From NCBI GenBank assembly GCA_010092775.1, contig JAADYZ010000093.1, positions 1 to 52,862 of the forward strand: 52,862 nt of DNA, given 5' to 3'. Shown here one piece after another: positions 46,793 through 52,862 of the stretch (within the stretch, counting starts at the first letter, position 1; the number at the start of each line of letters is the position of its first letter). Below the pieces are notes generated by a model. That model saw only the letters and a program-made list of their open reading frames with translations, was not told the origin of the DNA and ran no database searches. This stretch comes from Chloroflexota bacterium. Its GTDB lineage: Bacteria > Chloroflexota > Anaerolineae > Aggregatilineales > UBA3940. The position numbers were made by a program, and so were the translations under genes.

Positions 46793-47512
46793 GTGCCCTC
46801 ATATCCATTGAAACGCGAAACCCTAGCTGAACAGGTTGCTCAGGCTCTTATTGATCGGATTTATGCAGAGTCGCTCAAGCCTGGCGACTCACTGCCATCC
46901 ACTATGCAGTTAGCGACCGACTTCGATGTGAGTCGGCCAGTCATTCGAGAGGCACTGAAAACGCTCGAAGGGCAAGGCATCATTGAAATATCGAATGGGC
47001 GCAGCGCTGTAGTCAAACCGATAACAGGTGAGGCGCTGCGCGTGTTCTTTCGCCGGGCATTGGCTCTGGAAGACCAAACCTTGCTGGAATTACTAGAGTT
47101 GCGGCGGGGAATCGAGATTCAAGGTGCGATCTTGGCCGCCGAGCGTCGGACAGTCGAGGAACTGGCACAAATGAAATCGATTGTCAACCAGATGCGAGAG
47201 GTCATCCACCAGCCAGAGATGTATGCAGGGCTCGATTTAAAGTTTCATTTGCTGATCGCCTCTGCCTCGCACAATCGTCTGATGTTCTATCTGGTCGAAT
47301 CAATTCGAGACGCGCTGCATTCAACGATTATGGGGGGCTTGCGCAGCCGTTTCAGTGTTGATCAGTTGGAACGGGTACAGTCGGTGCACGAAGAGATTGT
47401 GCAACACATCGGCCAAGGTGATAAGCAGGCAACGATGGCAGCCATGGCCATGCATTTTGACGACGCAATCGGCGCGGTCTTTTCCCGACTGGCCAGCGAA
47501 AAAGGGGGATAG
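46793..47512 (+). CDS. GntR-family transcriptional regulator, FadR subfamily (second copy)
   Basis: wHTH segment LPSTMQLATDFDVSRPVIREALKTLEGQGIIEISNGRSAVV plus an FCD-like helical C-terminus. GTG start. Confidence 0.85.
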   Translation: MPSYPLKRETLAEQVAQALIDRIYAESLKPGDSLPSTMQLATDFDVSRPVIREALKTLEGQGIIEISNGRSAVVKPITGEALRVFFRRALALEDQTLLELLELRRGIEIQGAILAAERRTVEELAQMKSIVNQMREVIHQPEMYAGLDLKFHLLIASASHNRLMFYLVESIRDALHSTIMGGLRSRFSVDQLERVQSVHEEIVQHIGQGDKQATMAAMAMHFDDAIGAVFSRLASEKGG

Positions 47513-47540
47513 CAGCATTCTCATGACTGCTTGGGCAGGT

Positions 47541-47595
47541 TTGTCGAGCCTGATCAAGTGTGCTATACTGAGAGCTATCAACCTATATTATAGGT
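47541..47595 (+). promoter_or_regulatory. Extended -10 promoter plus perfect 15-bp palindrome upstream of the cupin-...-kdgK operon
   Basis: TTGTCG (47541-47546), 17 nt spacer including TGC, TATACT (47564-47569). After 11 nt comes ACCTATATTATAGGT (47581-47595, perfect 7-1-7 palindrome). Confidence 0.5.
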
Positions 47596-47717
47596 CGCCT
47601 GTGGTTAGCGATGTCCAGTGCCCCGGACACTGCGGACCGGCCACCTTGAATGCATATGATTGACGCCCCTCATATGATACGGAGTCTGTATCGTCTAGCA
47701 AGAAAGGCCCAACCACA

Positions 47718-48143
47718 ATGACAGATGTTCCCTCTCAACTCATGACCGTTGGCAAATCCTTTGCCCAGACTTACCAGCCTGTGTTGGACTTCCACGGTTG
47801 GAAGGTCGCGATGCTGCGGCATTTCGACATTGTCGATCCTGAGACTTTTTATCGTGTCGAGCGCCATTGGAATACCAACGAAGTTTTCTTGCTCACGGCT
47901 GGTCAGGCTGACTTGATCATCTTCGAAGGTGACGACCAGCCCGGCGATGCTTACTATGTGTTCCCGATGGAACTCAACGTTGCCTACGATATTGGCCAGT
48001 CAGTCTGGCACCATGTGGTGATGTCCGAAGATGCCCACATTGTATTGTTTGAACGCAGCGAAACCGGCCTGGAGACAACCGATTATGCCGAGATTGCTCC
48101 GGACGTCGTTGCCAAAATCAAGGCTCAGTTCACGGTCAAGTAG
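47718..48143 (+). CDS. Small cupin-fold protein of unknown function
   Basis: 141 aa. Cupin-like core: VERHWNTNEVFLLTAGQADLIIF...SVWHHVVMSEDAHIVLFE. It is the first gene of the operon. Confidence 0.45.
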   Translation: MTDVPSQLMTVGKSFAQTYQPVLDFHGWKVAMLRHFDIVDPETFYRVERHWNTNEVFLLTAGQADLIIFEGDDQPGDAYYVFPMELNVAYDIGQSVWHHVVMSEDAHIVLFERSETGLETTDYAEIAPDVVAKIKAQFTVK

Positions 48144-48179
48144 TTTGCCATTCATCGCCATTGTTTGAAGAGGTATACC

Positions 48180-48953
48180 ATGCCTGATAACGATCGTTTC
48201 TCATTAGAGGGCAAAATTGCCCTGGTGACCGGTGCTGGCCGGGGCATTGGCAAGGCCATAGCAGAAGGTTTTGTGGGCGCAGGTGCTAAGGTCTGGCTGA
48301 CCGATATCCTCAAAGAAGAGGGCGAGTCTACTGCTGCCACATTGGGCATGCCCTTTGTGCAGGCGGATTTGTCTCAGCTAGGCGATATTGACCGCATTAT
48401 TGAGCTCGTCTCAGCGGAAGAAAAGCGACTTGATGTACTGGTCAACAACGCAGGCCTGGATCGGCTTGCATCTATTGGGAAGTTCGCGCCAGAAGATTTA
48501 GATATTGTATGGTATGTCAATTGCCGGGCACCCGTGCTGCTGGTGCAAGGTTTTCTGCCCCTACTGCGTGCTTCGCAAGGGGCATCAATCATCAATATCA
48601 CCTCAGTGCATGAGGCCATCCCCCATCCCCAGAACCTATCCTATAACATGTCCAAAGCAGCCTTGGCTATGTTCACCAAGTCGATGGCGCAGGAACTCTC
48701 CCCCGAGGGCATTCGGATCAACAATATTGGTCCGGGCGCGGTCGAGACAAATATAAATCGAGAGATTTTGGCAGATATCGGACATGAAAACTTTAACAAG
48801 TGGATCCCTATTGGGCGCGTTGCACAGACCAGCGAGATGGTGGGCCCCGCCATTTTCCTGGCTTCTGATGCAGCCAGCTATGTTACCGGGGCCACGCTCT
48901 TTGCTGATGGTGGCTACTTGCAGAATCTAGTCCGCTATAGATTGGACGTATAA
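48180..48953 (+). CDS. Classical short-chain dehydrogenase/reductase (candidate aldose 1-dehydrogenase)
   Basis: VTGAGRGIG, NNAG, SVHE...YNMSK. ATG 48180 is preceded by GAAGAGG. Confidence 0.8.
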   Translation: MPDNDRFSLEGKIALVTGAGRGIGKAIAEGFVGAGAKVWLTDILKEEGESTAATLGMPFVQADLSQLGDIDRIIELVSAEEKRLDVLVNNAGLDRLASIGKFAPEDLDIVWYVNCRAPVLLVQGFLPLLRASQGASIINITSVHEAIPHPQNLSYNMSKAALAMFTKSMAQELSPEGIRINNIGPGAVETNINREILADIGHENFNKWIPIGRVAQTSEMVGPAIFLASDAASYVTGATLFADGGYLQNLVRYRLDV

Positions 48954-48955
48954 AC

Positions 48956-49900
48956 ATGGAACGGGAAAAGGTGCAAGTCGCCCCCGGGATCATCGCCTAT
49001 CGCGAGCCGTTAGGCGTACGCTTTGTCACTATTTATGGATTGGTACATGGCGAGGGTACCATACTGGTTGATGCTGGGCTCCCAGGCAGCGTAACTCACT
49101 GGTTGGATGCTGGCCAAATCGCGGAGCCAATTCACCAAGTGATTATCACTCACGCCGATGCCGATCACATCGGTGATACCGCTGGTGTGCAGAAGCGCTT
49201 CCCCGAGGCGGAAATCGCCTGCCATGAAGCCGATAAACGCTGGATCGAAGATCGCCACACCATCCTACAAGAGCGCTACGGATTCTCACATCACCGTTAC
49301 GGGATAGGGTATCCAGAAGAGGTGATGGCCGCCCTCAAAGATCTATGTGGCCCTGATGTCACTGTGACGCGCACTCTGGCAGATGGTGAGATATTACAGA
49401 TTGGCGACCGCGACTGGGAAGTGCTGCATGTGCCGGGGCACAGTCCAGGGCATATCAGTTTGTGGTCGGCGGAAGACGGGACCCTCGTCTTGGGTGATGC
49501 CGTGCTCGGTTTTGGGCCGCCGAACGTAAGCACCAATCAGGCCTCGATGCCCGCTACACATCATATTCTTGAAGACTATTTCCAGACCATTGAGCGATTC
49601 AAAACACTGCCAGTTAAGTTGGCACTGGCCGCTCACTGGGAACCGATGGACGATGAGGCATTCTCCGCCTTCTTGGCACGCAGCCGCGAACGCGTTGAAC
49701 AAGACATAGCTTATGTGAAAGAAGCGACCAGCACAACCCCCAAAACCTTCGAGGAACTATTGCGTGGCATCAATGAACGCTTCCGCGAGTGGGACCCAGT
49801 TGAAGACGTGAACTATGTTTTTGCCCTTGATGGGGCTGTTCAATATCTGTTAGCCCAGGGTGAACTCCACTACGAAGGCGACAGGTTCCGTGCCGCCTAG
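48956..49900 (+). CDS. Metallo-beta-lactamase-fold hydrolase
   Basis: ITHADADHIGD (variant of HxHxDH), HVPGHSPGH, LGDAV. 314 aa. Confidence 0.8.
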   Translation: MEREKVQVAPGIIAYREPLGVRFVTIYGLVHGEGTILVDAGLPGSVTHWLDAGQIAEPIHQVIITHADADHIGDTAGVQKRFPEAEIACHEADKRWIEDRHTILQERYGFSHHRYGIGYPEEVMAALKDLCGPDVTVTRTLADGEILQIGDRDWEVLHVPGHSPGHISLWSAEDGTLVLGDAVLGFGPPNVSTNQASMPATHHILEDYFQTIERFKTLPVKLALAAHWEPMDDEAFSAFLARSRERVEQDIAYVKEATSTTPKTFEELLRGINERFREWDPVEDVNYVFALDGAVQYLLAQGELHYEGDRFRAA

Positions 49901-49911
49901 AATGAGACGAC

Positions 49912-51123
49912 ATGAAAATCATAAAAATTGAAACTCTTCAATGGCGCTTTTTGCCGCGACTGTTGACCGTTCGCGTTCATACGGATACCGGTATCGTTGG
50001 GCTGGGTGAGACAGTCGACAAGGCTGCAGCCACTAAAGGGGCGCTGCACGGCATCATTGCGCCCTTAGTGCTGGGGCAAAATCCGCTCGACATCGAACGC
50101 ATCTGGCGCTTTGCCTTCGACAGCATCATGTTTCACGGTTGGTCCGGTGCGGAACTGCGGGCGCTTTCCGCCGTTGAGATCGCGCTGTGGGATATCCTGG
50201 GTAAAGTCTATGAGGCTCCCATTTACCGCCTGTTGGGTGGGCCGGTTCGCCAACATGTGCCCACCTACAATACTTGTGCCGGTTTTGGTGAGATCGATGA
50301 CTACGCCATGTGGAGCCAGGAAGACGGGGCTCGGGCTGGCGATCTGGCTGAAGATCTGTTGGCCGGAGGCACATCGGCCATCAAGATCTGGCCCTTCGAC
50401 CGTTTCAGCGAGGCGACTCACGGACAGTATATTAGTCTATCGGACGTTGAGAAAGGTTTAGAGCCGATCCGGCGCATCCGTGAACGCGTCGGAGATGCCA
50501 TGGAAATTGGCATCGAGTGTCATTTTCGCTGGAATCGTGCGTCGATGGAGCGCATCGCCGCCGCACTGGAGCCTTACAACATTCTCTTCATTGAAGACCC
50601 GATGCCCGCGACCAATGCCGATGAGATCAAGCGGCTGTCTGAGAGCACCAGCATTCCCATTGTCGGCTCAGAATTGTTGATGTCGCGTTGGGGGCTGCGT
50701 GATTGGCTGGTCAAGCAGGTCTCGCAGATCGTAATGACCGACCCAACCTGGAGCGGCGGCATCTCCGAGACGCGCAAGGTCGCGTCGATGGCGGAAGCCT
50801 TTGGTGTGCCAATTGTCTTTCACAATGTGGCCGGGCCGGTATGCCATGCGGTCGGCATACATCTCGGTGCGCATGTTCCAAACTTGATGTTCCTTGAGTC
50901 CTGCCGGGCATTTTACAAATCCTATTACGGCGAGATCAGCTCTTGCCGGCCGCAGCTCACGCCGGATGGCTTCGATTTGTTGGAGGGACCAGGGCTGGGG
51001 GTTGAATTACTGCCAGGCGCTCTGGAACGCTCCGACCTGGTAATCCAAACGTCCGACGGAGAAGGATTGGCAGCGGGCAAGGCCTCAATGGGGGACCATT
51101 GGGAAAACATTGACTTACTCTAG
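49912..51123 (+). CDS. Enolase-superfamily acid-sugar dehydratase (galactonate/mannonate-dehydratase-like)
   Basis: MKIIKIETL...[50 protein letters not shown]. Confidence 0.8.
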   Translation: MKIIKIETLQWRFLPRLLTVRVHTDTGIVGLGETVDKAAATKGALHGIIAPLVLGQNPLDIERIWRFAFDSIMFHGWSGAELRALSAVEIALWDILGKVYEAPIYRLLGGPVRQHVPTYNTCAGFGEIDDYAMWSQEDGARAGDLAEDLLAGGTSAIKIWPFDRFSEATHGQYISLSDVEKGLEPIRRIRERVGDAMEIGIECHFRWNRASMERIAAALEPYNILFIEDPMPATNADEIKRLSESTSIPIVGSELLMSRWGLRDWLVKQVSQIVMTDPTWSGGISETRKVASMAEAFGVPIVFHNVAGPVCHAVGIHLGAHVPNLMFLESCRAFYKSYYGEISSCRPQLTPDGFDLLEGPGLGVELLPGALERSDLVIQTSDGEGLAAGKASMGDHWENIDLL

Positions 51124-51134
51124 GAGTTGATCAC

Positions 51135-51773
51135 GTGGACGTTGTGCAAACCCTGGCGGCCCGCAAAATTGTTGTGGTCATTCGCCTGGATGATCTATCC
51201 ATCGCTCATGATCTAATTTATGCTTTACACAAGGGCGGCATCACCATTCTGGAGTTTACCCTCACCAATCCAGACGCGCTTCAGGTGATCCAGACCGTCA
51301 GGCAGGGGGCTTATCCGGCTGATCTGCTGATTGGTGTGGGATCGGTGACGACGGTGCCCCAAACCCTTGATGCGATTGAGGCCGGAGCCCAGTTTGTCGT
51401 AAGTCCGATCTTCAAGCGCGAGATTGTCGCAGTGGCCAAAGAGCAAAACGTCGTCGTAATGCCAGGTGCCTACACCCCGACGGAGATTTATGCTGCTTGG
51501 GAGAGTGGTGCTGATGTGGTCAAGGTTTTTCCGGCGCGTCAGCTTGGTGCATCCTACATCAAGGATGTGCTGGCCCCCCTACCCCAATTGCGTCTGATGC
51601 CGACCGGCGGCATCTCGCTGGATAACATCGCGGCGTATCTACAGGCTGGCGTCATTTGCGTGGGTGTAGGCGGCTCCCTACTAGACAAGCAGGTCATCGC
51701 TCAGCGCAATTGGCAGCAAGTGACGGCCGAAGCTAAACGTTATACGCAGCGTATTGTGGCGGAATTGCCATGA
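51135..51773 (+). CDS. eda: 2-keto-3-deoxy-6-phosphogluconate / KHG aldolase
   Basis: ILEFTLTNP, VVSPIF, PGAYTPTEI, VVKVFPA (Schiff-base Lys context), PTGGIS. GTG 51135 is preceded by GGAG. Confidence 0.85.
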   Translation: MDVVQTLAARKIVVVIRLDDLSIAHDLIYALHKGGITILEFTLTNPDALQVIQTVRQGAYPADLLIGVGSVTTVPQTLDAIEAGAQFVVSPIFKREIVAVAKEQNVVVMPGAYTPTEIYAAWESGADVVKVFPARQLGASYIKDVLAPLPQLRLMPTGGISLDNIAAYLQAGVICVGVGGSLLDKQVIAQRNWQQVTAEAKRYTQRIVAELP

Positions 51774-52750
51774 GCTACGATGTTATCACCTTTGGCGAAC
51801 CGCTGCTGCGGCTCTCACCGCCGCATGAACAGCGCTTGGTGCAAGCCCATACGCTCGAAATACATGTGGGCGGCACCGAGGTCAACACAGCGGTTGGCCT
51901 GGCTCGACTGGGATTGAAGGTCGCCCATCTCTCAGCCTTGCCCCGTAATGCAGTGAGCGAACGCCTGATCTTTGAACTGCAGGGCTGGGGTGTCGATACA
52001 GCGGATACCCTCTGGCGCCCGGTCGGCCGGGTCGGTCTCTATTGGTTTGAGAAGGGCCAACCTCCGCGCGCCAGCCAGGTGATTTATGACCGGCAAGATA
52101 GTGCCACTAGCCAAATGAAGCCGGATGATCTACCCGCCATTTTTGACCCAGAACACAGCCGCCTCTTGCATACCACGGGCATTATGGCGGCGCTCAGCCC
52201 GACCGCCCGAGAAACAACCCTCGCAGCGATACAGCGTGCCAAGTCTGCTGGTTGGCTGATCAGCTTTGATATCAACTATCGGGCTAATTTATGGTCATAT
52301 GCGCAGGCACTGACAGCCTGTACCCCGATTTTCGACCAGCTTGATATATTATTCATCCCTATCCGCGATGCGATCAAACTGTTCTCGCTGGATGACACCA
52401 GCACGGCAGAATCCGCGGCGCGTTATATTGCAAAGCGCTATCCGACTTGTGACATCGTGATGACCCTAGGCGCTGAAGGCGCCCTTTGCCTGGCTCAGAC
52501 CGGTGAACTACTACATGCGGCGGGCCAGTCAGTCATGACAAATGTCGGGCGTATCGGTGCTGGCGATGCCTTCAATGCAGGCTTTCTCTATGGCAGATTG
52601 CAAGGCTATAATTTGACCACCTGTTTGCAGTGGGGCAATGCTTGTGCTGCGCTCAAGCACACCATTCCGGGCGATTTGCCTCTTTTGTCGCGCGATCAAG
52701 TCGAGCAAGTTTTGCAAACTGGTCAGAGCGAGATCTCTGTTCAACGCTGA
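51770..52750 (+). CDS. kdgK: 2-keto-3-deoxygluconate kinase (PfkB family)
   Basis: VITFGEPLLRL, GGTEVNTAVGLARLG, GAGDAFNAGFLYG. ATGA overlap with the eda stop. Confidence 0.85.
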   Translation: MSYDVITFGEPLLRLSPPHEQRLVQAHTLEIHVGGTEVNTAVGLARLGLKVAHLSALPRNAVSERLIFELQGWGVDTADTLWRPVGRVGLYWFEKGQPPRASQVIYDRQDSATSQMKPDDLPAIFDPEHSRLLHTTGIMAALSPTARETTLAAIQRAKSAGWLISFDINYRANLWSYAQALTACTPIFDQLDILFIPIRDAIKLFSLDDTSTAESAARYIAKRYPTCDIVMTLGAEGALCLAQTGELLHAAGQSVMTNVGRIGAGDAFNAGFLYGRLQGYNLTTCLQWGNACAALKHTIPGDLPLLSRDQVEQVLQTGQSEISVQR

Positions 52751-52862
52751 ACACATTCGCCATAGCAGTTCTCTATTCTCCAGTGGATCATCAGTCATCA
52801 GGATCGTGTGGGCATTCGGCGATGTCATAGAGTTATCGAGACGCTTCCGTGTCAACACCAAA

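Noticed and set aside
52529-52861. 110-aa minus-strand ORF at the right edge of the window.
   Set aside because: About 220 nt of it is antisense to the well-supported kdgK gene. The remaining ~110 nt are too short to judge.

Overview
This is a 52.9-kb, almost wholly protein-coding bacterial sugar-catabolism island. I saw no tRNA, rRNA, CRISPR array or intact mobile element. All product calls come from motifs I recognise by eye; no database search was possible. Gene content: (1) A minus-strand operon of about 12.4 kb (12383 to 1) encodes an RraA-like protein, a 655-aa unknown, L-rhamnose mutarotase, a PMI-like cupin, a GH38 alpha-mannosidase, a 741-aa GH-like unknown and lutABC. (2) A divergent plus-strand operon (12598-21692) encodes an LplABC-type sugar ABC importer, a GH13-like enzyme, a ketose-3-epimerase-like TIM barrel, araB and araD. 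(3) A FadR-type GntR regulator sits with a signal-less SBP-like protein. (4) An 8-gene minus operon (31344 to 23830) reads as an oxidative, non-phosphorylative L-fucose/6-deoxyhexose pathway: AKR dehydrogenase, amidohydrolase-2 lactonase, enolase-superfamily dehydratase, SDR and FAH hydrolase. It also carries three unexplained extras: an M24 metallopeptidase-fold protein, an extended SDR and an RraA-like protein. (5) Next come a mutarotase-like gene, a decayed IS transposase and a lutA fragment. (6) A LacI-associated phosphorylative operon runs fucI, class II aldolase, rhaB-like kinase, tandem class II aldolase, rhaEW-like. (7) A Ser/Thr kinase-NB-ARC-TPR protein stands alone. (8) A second GntR precedes a cupin-SDR-MBL-enolase-eda-kdgK operon. 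The most interesting signals are these. One perfect 15-bp palindrome recurs at hand-identified promoters and appears to tie operons 1-4 into a single regulon, including a pair of overlapping face-to-face promoters that share one operator. Two parallel 6-deoxyhexose routes converge on lactate and lutABC. A metal-competent M24 gene is translationally coupled to the sugar-acid dehydratase. A tandem class II aldolase has lost every catalytic residue in its second half. An araB-araD module is paired with a ketose-3-epimerase-like gene instead of araA. Functional assignments beyond family level are inference.
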